The translations under genes and the position numbers were made by a program. Positions 1 to 11,340 of a stretch of DNA of 64,000 nt are shown here, piece by piece. Numbering within the stretch: position 1 is the first letter of the stretch; the number at the start of each line of letters is the position of its first letter. Under the pieces are notes generated by a model, which did not search any database, had not been told where the DNA came from, and saw only the letters and a list, made by a program, of their open reading frames with translations. The stretch lies in the NCBI RefSeq assembly GCF_009914755.1, contig NC_060926.1. One strand, written 5' to 3'. The DNA comes from the human T2T-CHM13v2.0 reference genome, Homo sapiens.

Positions 1-717
1 AGATGAAGCACAATGTGATATGTGGGGAGTGTTAAACAATGCTTGATGCCATCATTATAAATAACTTATTCAGCCATTGCTATAAAGATTGGCAGTTGGG
101 GGTGACAGTTACTTTCATGCAGATCACCTAAGGCAAGCCATCAGTTATCCACCGAGATGAGCGATAACTTGCAAATCCTGGGATTCATCATTGATGAAAA
201 GAATTTCTGTTCCCCATTTCACTAGAAATTTCCACAGATTCATTAAGTCTTCAAGGGAGAAAATGGAAATTAAAATATCTCTTGAAGCTTTTCCTGAGAT
301 TATTCTTTTCAGGTCAGGATCTCTCCTTGTCATGGTAAAGTAGGGTTGGGGGTTGAGAGATCTCACAGTCCTGTAGGGACTTTTGAGCTGAGGTATCAGA
401 AGGCACCAAGGCAAAAGGAAGGTTCAAAGTGGGCAACTATGTGGAAGTGCATGACTCGGAATGTCAGGCAAAACTTAATGGACCACAAATTAGAAGAAGC
501 CAGAGGCAGGTATTGAAGTCAAAGTATAATGCCTAACTGAAGAATTCTGTTAGTCACATTGAACAATGAATTTTAGTGTTTGAGACTTGCTTTTAAGGAG
601 TCTGTGGGAGAAAGGCCACAGACTGAGTGGATATTGCCAGACAAGCCAGTCTTCCTTGGACAAATCAGCATCTCTGTCCTTGTGTTCTCACACTGCTCAA
701 TAATAAGTGATGAGAAT

Positions 718-800
718 CATTCTTCCAGTCATTCATGCCACACACATTTATTAAGCAACTACTATGTTCCAGGCTCCATGCTGAGTGTGCACAGAGATTC
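718..800 (-). mobile_element. L2 3' end fragment
   Basis: CATTTATTAAGCAACTACTATGTTCCAGGC resembles the antisense L2 3' terminus. Confidence 0.55.
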
Positions 801-967
801 AAGTAGAAGTAGTTGGTACTCCAGAATGTAGAGTCCAAAGACACCTATAAATAAAAAACAGACAAGCCAGGCATAGCTAAGATGCATGTATTTTTGTGAG
901 GCTGGCCAAGGGTTGGCCTTAGAACTAGCTTCAACTTTTAAATAGTCATGACTAAGCATCCCACACA

Positions 968-1216
968 TGTCATATGATTAATCATGAAAGTCCTTTGCTT
1001 CACAACCTTTTCATAGACAGATATTGTGTAACAAGTTAACCTTAAGGACACATGCCTTAAAGGACTATTGAGCAAAAAAAATAACTAAGCTCTTTCCAGG
1101 TAACACTCAGGGAACTTTTGCAGTGTCATATCCGTTCTCTGGTACCTATGTGTCCGATCTTCCTGCCCATCTGTTTCTTTCACTCAAAGTCCCAGAATCC
1201 TATGCCACGGGCAGGA
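968..1216 (+). repeat. Copy 1 of ~250-bp dispersed direct duplication
   Basis: Aligns by eye to 2456-2719 with about 21 substitutions plus small indels. Confidence 0.95.
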
Positions 1217-2455
1217 TTTTCACCTCTCAATATAGACCCATGTACCTTACCCCATGTTCCAACTGACTTCCTGAGAAATAAATCATTGTCCTTGTATTTC
1301 ATAAGAGACAACAAACATTGATTTTGTTGTTAACATATGTGAGGCTTCGTTCATCCAATAACTATATATTTTAATCACCAATAAGTATCCTAAAATTTCA
1401 GACGCTAATGCCCTGAGGGATCAACTTTTAATCAATTATTGACTACAGTTTGAGGGGTGCCATGTCCAGATTAAATGCAGTATGATTTATCCTATGGTAA
1501 GTAAATCCTCTCCACTTGGAGTCTTGAAGTTGTTTTAAATGCCTTAAACTAAGTTTCTCCAACAGCAGTTTCAAGATTGTGACATTTAATGCTAGTTTTA
1601 TAGCAAAAAGAATTCTCTAGCAATGTGTTGAAAGGCAACATGAGTTCATTCTGAGTCTTTGATTATGTTTAATAAGCTTTGCTGTCAGACGCTGAGTCAT
1701 GATCTTTCTCTTCTGTTTTACAGTTTGTATTTACACCTATTTGCATTTGATAAAAGCAATGTAAGAGCTCTGCCCTTTGGCAGTGATGACTCCTTTATTT
1801 TAATCAGTGCAAAGAAAAAAATAAGAAAATTTGGCATGAGAGTGTGTAAAACCCCTTCCTTTGGCCATTTTAAATTTTAGTAGTTATGTATGTATTCTTG
1901 TAGAATGACTACTTTGTGACATTAACTGTCAGCACATCCATCATTTGATTTACATTAGAAATTTTGCTATCAGGTTCAATTTAGCAAATAAGGCTAAGAA
2001 AAGTTTTTGTCTTGTCTATTTGCAAGCCTGAGTGATGTAGATATTTATAAGCATGGCTTTATAATATTTTACTTAATGGGAAAAAAATCTATGCTAATTG
2101 TATTTCCAATCCAATAAAGTGAAATTTGTCTAGCAGCAGGGTGTGGCCAGAGTAAATAGACCGTAAGGAAAACACTCACGAAGGAGTGGGATTGGTATTT
2201 CTGAATCCCCACTGGACAACAATAATTATTAACAATTTATCTCAAGCTTGCTCCTCTCTTAGTGGCATTTTTTAAGTCGTTTCTTCTAGAAGTCTTTGAG
2301 CCTAGAAAAGCCAAGTTTTGTGTTTATTTCTTTCACATACATTAATGTCTTGAGTCAGATATCACTAATTTGAAAATGGGTTTCATCCTTTTTGGTGAAA
2401 ATAATTTGGAGTTCAACCAGGTTGGTACCTGGGTACCTGGTACTGTCCCCTCAGG

Positions 2456-2719
2456 TGTCATATGACTAATCATGAAAGTCCTTTGGTTCACGGTTCACAA
2501 CCTTTTCATAGACAGATATTATGTAGCAAGTTAACCTTAAGGACACATACCTTAAAGGACTGTTGAGCAAAAAAAAAAAAAAAAAAAACTAAGCCCCTCG
2601 CAGGTAACACTCAGGGATCTTTAGAGTGTCATATCCCTTCTCTGGTACCTACATATCAAGTCTTCCTGCCCATCTGTTCCTCTCACTCAAAGTCCCAGAA
2701 TCCTATGCCACGGGCAGGA
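2456..2719 (+). repeat. Copy 2 of ~250-bp dispersed direct duplication
   Basis: Same sequence as 968-1216, with an extra GGTTCAC unit and an A20 run. Confidence 0.95.
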
Positions 2720-2768
2720 ATCTATTTAGGATCCAAGCAGTGAGATGAAGTAATGGGTGAATGTAACA

Positions 2769-2988
2769 TGGAAGTAGGCAGCCTTTTTCTATAAAGGGCC
2801 AGATGGTAAATATTTTTGGCTTTGTGAGCCATACAGTCTCTGTCACAGCTACTCAACTCTGCTGTTGCTGCAAGAAAACAGGCGTAAACAACATATAAAT
2901 GAATGAGCTTGGCTGAGTTCAAATAAAACTTTATTTACAAAAATAGCAAGCTAGATTTGGCTTGTGCATCATGGTTTGCTGACCCCTG
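2769..2988 (-). mobile_element. MER58A hAT-Charlie MITE
   Basis: AAAGGGCCAGATGGTAAATATTTTTGGCTTTG...AATAAAACTTTATTTACAAAA...TTTGCTGACCCCTG matches recalled MER58A; degenerate 8-bp TSD ATGTAACA/GTGTAAGA. Confidence 0.9.
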
Positions 2989-4050
2989 GTGTAAGATATC
3001 ACTCCTCTGTGGATTATATTTTGGCACATTACTAAAGAAATAGTGACAATACAAATTTTCCTGACACATAATACAGAGAAAGTGTTGTGGCTCCTTTGGA
3101 TACTGAGAAGTTATTTAAAATGTGTCATAATACCAGCAAACCCTTGCTCCAAGGCTTAGAAGACCCTAGGCAACAAGTACTTGAGTAAAAGGCAGAAGAG
3201 GACCAGATGAGATTGGACAGAGGCACCAGACAATCTGCCCTGGCATGTTTTCCCAGGTATTAATAATGTGGAATGGAGTGGAGGAAATAGTCTGTCTGTG
3301 GGAGAATTTCAGAACAGAGAATTTTTTGCCAATATGTCCATTCTAAATAAGACTTCATCCAGGGGCTTAAGGAATTAGGAGTTATGAGGATAATTGGACC
3401 CTAGCCTCATAGTCAGTTCAGAAAACAGTCAGTCCCAGCAGAGATATTGGGCTGCCCACCAGGCACCACTTTGGACTGATAGAAGGTATGTGTGCTGGGT
3501 CAGTGGAGGTGAGGGAGTGGTGGGTGAGACATTCAGAAAAATGAAACTTGTGTTATTTCACAGCTCATTTAGTCATCCAAGTTTTTCTCAGACAATTCCT
3601 GGGGTACTGCAAGATTTAGTTAAGGCACCTCTGGAGTGTGTGCCCGAGTTTCTGATCAAACGATGAGTAGATGTCAGCAGATACTGCTGCAGTCTAGGAA
3701 AGGAGATCTTCAAGACCTAGGAACCAAGTAGGGGCTGACCACATTACTACTGTAGGCATTTTGCTCATATATGGCAAACACTATGAGAGCCAGAAATGAA
3801 CTTTTTCTTTATAAAGTCTCATTTATACCTCCACAGGAAAATCAGACACTATGCATAACACTGCATTGTTCCAGGAGAGTCTTAGCTACTGAAAGTAGTA
3901 TTGTCTACCTTTTTTTTTTGACACATAAAGAACTTTTACATTGTAAAAAGATTTTATGGGATGCAGTGAGAATTTAACTTGGAAATTGCAGCATTTTCAA
4001 GGTGAAAAGTGGAAACAAAGAGCAGCACAATAGCTATTATGCACAGTAGA

Positions 4051-4742
4051 CACTTCCGGTTAAGATGAGTTAGAGTGATGTAGACTATTTTTTAAAAATA
4101 AAAAGAACAATACTTTTAACCTTATATGTATATTTAAACACTCATAAAACATTGTTACAATTTATGACAAGAAGTCAGGAATTGCAGTGTACTTACAAAT
4201 GAAAGTAAAGGAGAATACTTAATAGTAATTTTATAAAGGCCGTGTAAATGTAAAGCATATTGCTTTTGTAGCCATGAGGAGACCTACGTGATGTTGCATA
4301 CCATTTATGTAGATTTATTGTAAACTTTCCAAAAAGAGGTACTCTATTTGTTTTTTTTTTTAAATAAACTGCAGACCTTTCCATCAGTGCAGAATAATAG
4401 CATCCTCCCCCCCGCCCCTCTCCCCCCACACCCCCCTTCCCCGCTTTAATGTCACAGTTAGTGGCTTCTCTAGATAAGATTTGTCTGAGAGGAAAAGTGC
4501 ACTCGGATTCTTAGAAATTAACATCTCCTAGGTGAACAAAGCTCCGAAAAGGAAAAAACAAAAAGTCTCAACTCAGCAACTCACAATTGTTGAAAACTGT
4601 AGGACTGTCACCTTTAGTCACATCACTCTTTGGCAAGGGCATTTGGGGAGCTGCGGTTGAACTGACAGAGGCAGAGGAAGTGAATTTGAGATAAACCTGA
4701 CTGAACTGTCTCCTGAGTGAGCCAGGAGAGATGCAACAGCTG
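4051..4742. promoter_or_regulatory. Putative enhancer/alternative promoter with ETS, GATA, RUNX, E-box and GC-box motifs
   Basis: CACTTCCGGT 4051-4060; CCCCGCCCC ~4410-4418; AGATAA 4472-4477 and 4689-4694; TGCGGTT 4652-4658; AGAGGAAGTG 4673-4682; CAGCTG 4737-4742; no recognised repeat. Confidence 0.45.
4404..4442 (-). other. G-quadruplex-forming motif
   Basis: Five runs of 4-7 C with 1-3 nt spacers on the + strand. Confidence 0.7.
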
Positions 4743-6148
4743 AGTGCATGCAGCACTCATTGTGCTTGGTTCCTTCAGGAACAAGGATAACTCTGCATGT
4801 GAATAGTGGAATGTGGAGAGGAGACATGATAGAACATCTGCCTGTAGGTCCACAGTGATTCTGGGAAATAACCATGAATGGGGCAGCCCACCAGTGTTAA
4901 TGAAGGTCCTACTGCATTCAGAGCATTGCACTGGAGAGAGGGGCCATTGCCATGGAAACTGAGAGCCCAAATGCAATCATACACCTGAGTTTGAAATTTA
5001 GGATTATGAGCAGTACTCATTTTAAATAAAGAAAAACATAGGAAAATTAAAACTAAGGTAAACAGCAAAGCCCTCTCACACTTGTCCAGATTAGAGCAAT
5101 ACCCAGAGCCATGCCCCTTAGCGGAAACTGTGAGCAAGAGACAGGCCCGTCAATCTGCGCTAGCCATGGGACTAAAGCCATGCCAGGTTGGGAGAGTCCC
5201 TGACCAGCAGGTGAAACCCAAGCACACAACCTGCTGAGGAGTGAAACCATGGTCAGGCTCTGAGGTTCCTGGTCCTTAAGCCATTTGGTGATCCTCCCAC
5301 TTTCCATGCAGAGAGAATTCAGACATCTAAAAAGCCCTTGTGAAGCTTTTTTCATTTCTGGGAGCTCTTGTGTCTCCACTGAGAAGGCATCCTGGGGAGA
5401 TTCTGTCCCCACAGCCACCTCATTCCTCCTCCTCCCTGCCCGTGAACATGTGGAAAAATTCATGGACTCACCAAATGGTTTGTCTTGATTCCAGACAACC
5501 CACTTTTCTCATTGTTTTAATTGCACAAAATTTGCTTGCCAATGATTTCTCATGTTACTGTTCTACATTGCAGACCTTTCATTCACACTGCTTCACCACA
5601 GCCCAGTGTGGGGGTTCTGAGAGAAGCTAAACTCTTCTGGTTGCTAATCTGAGGGAAACCCACCAGATTCATTCACTTAGCCTCTCCACTCAATTTGCAC
5701 TGTGATAAACTGGGCTTTGCTAGTTTTATGCCTGCTTTATTCAATAGGGATAATGGAAATAAAATGCATACCTCAGAACAAAGACAATGAACTGTTATTA
5801 TGGCTGATGAAGGTCTGATTTGTTTCAAATGCCAGTTGCTTAGAGGCAAGGATTTTGTAAAAATCAAATAATAAATGGTTACCGTATTGGCAATGTAAAT
5901 ATTCCCTTATTGATCTTCTATGAAAATCAGATTTCAGACAGAAAAATGCCTGATATGCTTAAGAATAGATTCCAGGGCAAGTATCTGTGATGAATTGTTA
6001 TCAAGTTCTTAACTTGCTTACATTACATTTTCAGAAGCACCCTAGTACTTCGACTTACAAATTTTCCTATGTTACTTGATTTCTAGATTCTACAGGTTAA
6101 TAAAATTGAAAAGTGAAAGTTTTCATGACTCAGAATGAGGCTATAATG

Positions 6149-6334
6149 CAGCAGTTCTCTTAAGTCTGCAGTTAGACTCACCTGGGGAGTTTATTTAAAA
6201 GACCATTTCCCACTACCGTATCCTCTAGAGGTTTTGATTCAGTAGTTAGAGGAGGGCCTAGCAATCTGCCTTTCCACGAAATACCCCATGTATTTCTATG
6301 CTGGTCACCCTTGATTATAGTTAGATACAACCTG
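6149..6334. mobile_element. MER5-family hAT MITE (degenerate)
   Basis: CAGCAGTTCTC...TCACCTGGGGAG...TTGATTCAGTAG...GGGCCTAGCAATCTGC. Confidence 0.65.
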
Positions 6335-6898
6335 CAATAGAGTGCATCCTACTTTTGAATCAGATTTCACAGAAAGAGGAAGGGAAGTTAAGAGGCTTAA
6401 AATAGCTAAAATCAACGGAGATCAAGCCTCTGGTTTAGAGTACCAAAAGAGAGGAAAAAGATACAAAAGAATATATATAGCCAGGCCACTCACCTTGCTA
6501 CCTTTCCACATCAAGTCCACATCTTACAAGAGAACCCAGCACTAATCCCCAAGTCTAGAAGCACCCACTGAGTTCAACACTCTCTGCTTCTCAGAAATAA
6601 AGACAGGTTTTAGTAAGCAACCCTGCAGTTACAAAGACCAAGGCTACTCAACACCAAAAAACAAAATAAAATAAAAAATAAAAATGTCAATCACACAAAT
6701 GTGTTGTCTGCCCTACCAATTATTTTAAAACATCTGGCTAGCATACTTAGTCAACAGTTTATCCAGATGTTTTGGCTTTGTGTGCAGAGCCGAGCCATGC
6801 ATTCAAGCCTTCTCTTTTGATACGTGTTTTCATTCTTGAGCAGTGTCTAATGAGTATGTTGTAGGGGGCGGGGTGATGGTGCAGCCTAGAGCCATGCA

Positions 6899-7060
6899 CA
6901 GGTAGCCCCCAGTTTCAAACAGATTCTGTCCCACAGGTTGGTTTACAATTCAAAATTCGAAGCATAGTTTCCTCTGGAAACCATTTTACATGCAGTGGTT
7001 AACTACTGAGGCCAGCCCACAGAAGGCTTTTTAATCCATAACATAGCTAAAGTAGGATAC
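6899..7060. mobile_element. Old Tigger-like DNA transposon fragment (Tigger15/16-type)
   Basis: CAGGTAGCCCCCAGTTT terminus and GGCCAGCCCACAGAAGGCTTTTTAATCCATAAC resemble recalled consensus. Confidence 0.5.
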
Positions 7061-7295
7061 GGATTAAAATACCCAGATGAATGCTAGAAGTACGATGCCC
7101 TGATGAAGCACTGAAGGAGAGGAGGAGAGAAAGAACTTTTTCTTTCCTGGATTCAAGGAGGACCCTGGGCAGAATGTTGACTAGAACACGATTGGTTGAT
7201 GTTGCATTGTTCACCCTCCTAGTGTTGCGTCCCAGGGCCTCCTATACTCTTCTCCCTCCAAACTTGCCCTTCCATTTCTTCCCGAGAATTCTATG

Positions 7296-7371
7296 CTCCA
7301 AAATATCCTGCCTCCCTTCCTCACCCCTCCAATCAATGAGGGGTGAGGAAGGGAGGCAGGATATTTTGGAG
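7296..7371. repeat. Perfect 34-bp inverted repeat with 8-nt loop
   Basis: CTCCAAAATATCCTGCCTCCCTTCCTCACCCCTC-CAATCAAT-GAGGGGTGAGGAAGGGAGGCAGGATATTTTGGAG, checked base by base. Confidence 0.98.
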
Positions 7372-7519
7372 GGAAAGGGAGGCAAACCTCACCCACCTAA
7401 CTGCAGTTGGTCTGAACTAAATGTAATGAAGAGAAATGTGGACAAATTTGATTAAGTAACTAAGTGGCTGAGAGTCCCCTAACCTTCCAGGAGCTATTTG
7501 CCTTTCAAAAGAGACCATT

Positions 7520-7837
<318 letters not shown>

Positions 7838-8779
7838 TTATTTTTATAAAATGAATCTCTAACTGTTGAAATGGGAGGCAGTGTAGCATAATGTTAGAAC
7901 TACATGAACATAAAAGGGAAATATTCAGATTCTTTTGAGGAAAGGGACATTATAGATAGTCCACACTTACTTAAGAATCCTCCCCTAGTCTGCCCATTCC
8001 CACCCCGCCCCCCAGGATGCTTCTCACATTTATACCAACAACTTCTAATTCTCTACTTCCAACTGCTAAGATATTCCAAAGGTTATGCGTTAGGTTTTGA
8101 GGTAGCCAATATGAAGGCAATGAGACCACCCATAGGTGTGTGCCAAGCAGGGGTTGGGTAGAGCCAAAGGGACAAACATTTGAACATACGGATCATTTGT
8201 AGGTGAGCTTCACCTCTACTGAAAAACATGTTGGTCTATGTAGACAAATACTCTTGTTGATCGCATATAAATACACTGAGTGTTGATGGCAAATCATGTT
8301 AATTAACACAGACCAGCACTTCTCAGCGATATGCTACGATCAATACTGTTCTATTATGATATTCATCTCTAATTAATTTTGGCTCGGCAGGCTAGAACAG
8401 CAGACTGTAGCTACCCGGGGAATGGAATTTGAAATATGCATTGCTTTACTTGCGGACCAAACTAGTGAATGGCTAAGCTTCCGGGGGTGGATAATTCATC
8501 TCACATCACCGCTTTCTGTTGATGTGTTTCAACCAGAGAACCTCTGCAGAGAGGGAAAAACATAATCACTGCAGGAGAAGAATTTCAGAGGCAGAAAGAG
8601 AAAGAAACTATGCGGATGTCCAAGAAAATCTTGGGACTTAGAGTAGAAGTCGTCCAGAAGGACTGGCCCATTTACTGCCATTTACTGCAGAAGCTGAACA
8701 CTCATCTGGTTTCATTCCACTATCTTTGTAAGAGGATGAAATATCTCTTTTTAGTGTTAGGAGGTGGTGGGATGGAGCA

Positions 8780-9025
8780 ATAAATAGAGGGGGTTCTCAA
8801 GTCCTCAAGTCCAAACGAGTAAATTCAAATCCTACCTCTCCTCCACTTCTCAACCATTTTGTTTGGGACAAGTTACTTATTCTCTCAAGCATCCTTCTCC
8901 TCATCTATTATACGGGACTAATAATAGTTATTATCATCCACTACGTCAGAGGAAGTGGTACAGAAGAAGATATGCCTGAAGAAGCCTGGCACTCTATCAG
9001 CATTCACCAGGTGTAAGCAGTTATT
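8780..9025 (+). mobile_element. MIR
   Basis: TTCAAATCCTACCTCT...GGACAAGTTACTTA...CTCATCTATTATACGGGACTAATAATAG MIR core. Confidence 0.7.
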
Positions 9026-9239
9026 AGGTTGAAGGAAATAATTTGCTGCCGTGCCCCATTCAGTTCAGTGTAATAATGGGCTGTGTGTAATAGCATCCCA
9101 GCCCACCCATCCAGACATAATCATTACTCTGTATGCCAACTCTGCCACCCCCATGATGGTGGGTGTCCAGGGTGACAAAATCCACTGTTTCTCAAAGCTG
9201 CCTTTCAGTGACCTCAAGTTTCTGAAAGTACAGGTACCT

Positions 9240-9370
9240 TGCAATGTTCAATATTTGGTTAGGTGAGCAACTTCTAGATGGGTACACACTAGAAGTCCAA
9301 CCCCCACCATTACACTGTAATACCCATGTAACAAGTGCAAGTGCCTCCCTAAATCTAAAATTTTTTTTAA
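9240..9370 (+). mobile_element. L1MA/L1PB-type 3' terminus
   Basis: GATGGGTACACACTAGAAGTCCAACCCCCACCATTAC...ATACCCATGTAACAA...TAAATCTAAAA. Confidence 0.65.
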
Positions 9371-11059
9371 AGGGGGGAAAAAGGCATAGGTACCTTAGTC
9401 TCAGGCTGGACTTTTTTTGACCAGTTAAGTTTCTGTAAGGATGTGGCCATCTTCATTGTAATCTTAGGACAGGACTGATCACAATCTGAAAAGGAGAGAA
9501 GGTCCCCCCTCTTATCTAGGTCATATATGTATATATATATAAAGGTCAGCCTATGGCTGATTTGATTTGATTTCCTATTTGCCTTGTAACTGTGGGCCAT
9601 GTCCAGCATGAGGACATCTGGGGTGCACCTTATAAAGCCAGCCCATAATTCAGGGTATAATTCCAGTTCACCCAGATGAAGGAAAAGAGCAAATTCCACA
9701 GCTCAGGACTGAGGAAGCCATGCAGGTTCCCTCTTCATTATGCAGTGTTGTAACTCATTTGCTATTTGTCCCTCACTCTAATATTAGAGCACTGAACTCA
9801 CTCAAAATATACTAAGAGATCATTTTTATTAAACATGATATTAAGAAAAAGTTTAGCTTCTCTTTTAGCACTGCAGGCAATTACTGAAATGTATGAATTC
9901 CAATGGGAGTAGCATTATAATAGGTTTTTGGTTTTTTTAGGCTTCCCGGATTCCACCCTTTTTCTTTCCTCTCCTTTCCCTCCTTTCTCAGCTCTGTCGA
10001 ATAGGACTGTAATAAGAACATATAACAATATCCCAGGAGTCTCTTTTAGAGAGCTCTCTGATAGATAGGCCAGCCCAGCCCAAGCATAGTCTTTGGTTGT
10101 AATCACTTGTGAATATCTGCATCTGCCTCATTAGATCACAGCTCCTATAGACAGGGATGGTGTGTTGGCTTCATTTTTTTACTCCCAGCCCCGAATCCTC
10201 CCTGCCCCAGTCCCGGGCTCAGAGACATTCTGAGATGATCTCAGCGATAGGACATAGTGCTGGGGATACAAAGAAAGGAAGGAAGCCCAGGAATGGGCTC
10301 GGCAATTTGCATCCTAATGGGTCATGGAGCACTGGATCCTCACTAGGGACACATCAGCACCTCTGGGCTCCAGTCAGTGACTCCGGCCTCCTCTTTGACA
10401 TTGCTGCCTCCGATGCTGCTCCCCACCACTGCTCTGCTTTCTGCCTAACACTCCTCTTCCCTCATGCCTGTCCATTGTCTCCTGGCCTGTTTCGTGCATT
10501 TTTTTTTCCCTATGAATCTCTTGGCATCAGTGACTTCTCTGTGTGTGCCTCATATTTGAACTCTCAGGGAGCAGATTGATTTGTTAAATTATTATAAAGG
10601 GTTTTTATATTAAGTCATCTCCCTGGGCTGCTGGCTGGTCTACAGATGGTCAGGCTCAGATCCCTGACCCAGTCAGCTGTGGTCCCGGGTAACTGTTACT
10701 TGGGACAAAACGTGTCCACCAGGCCCAGTGTGTTTCTGGGTACTCTGTATGGAAAGAAGCTTTCGTGATGGTAGGTCCTCAGCCTCGCAGCACCTTTCCT
10801 CCAGCCAAGAAGATAAGCTCTCCAAAAATGTTTTCTGGATGGCCAACTGGTGTTGGGGGCTGGCCCTTTGCTTTAGGCATGGCAAATAATCGACCTCTCT
10901 TAAAGACAAGCACAAACCAGAATACATTTCCAAATGCCAACACTGTGCAAGACGTAGAGGAGAGAATGACTGACGAAACACTGACTCCGTTCTCGAGGTT
11001 TCCACAGACCAGCAGCAGAAGACGGTAGGAGTGCCTAAGACCAGCAGCATATGACTATG

Positions 11060-11340
11060 GCTAAGAGTGTGGGCCACTGAACACCACTTCAAACTATCAG
11101 TTTTCTACTTGATCTTAACTTGCCTAGACTTCAGTTTCCTTGTCTCTAAAGTAGGGCTTTGTACTGGGAATAAATAAGAAAGGAAAGATACCAAGGAAAT
11201 GGGTTGAACCGCTACATAGTCTGATGCTATGTGGAGAACTAGACTAGGGGGGCAATAATTCCTAACTTGCATGATGTTTGCACATAAATCACTTAGCACA
11301 GTGCCTGGAGCACAGAGAGATCTTACTGAAGGATAGCGAT
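11060..11340 (+). mobile_element. MIR (fragmented)
   Basis: CTTCAGTTTCCTTGTCTCTAAAGTAGGG and CACTTAGCACAGTGCCTGG. Confidence 0.6.
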
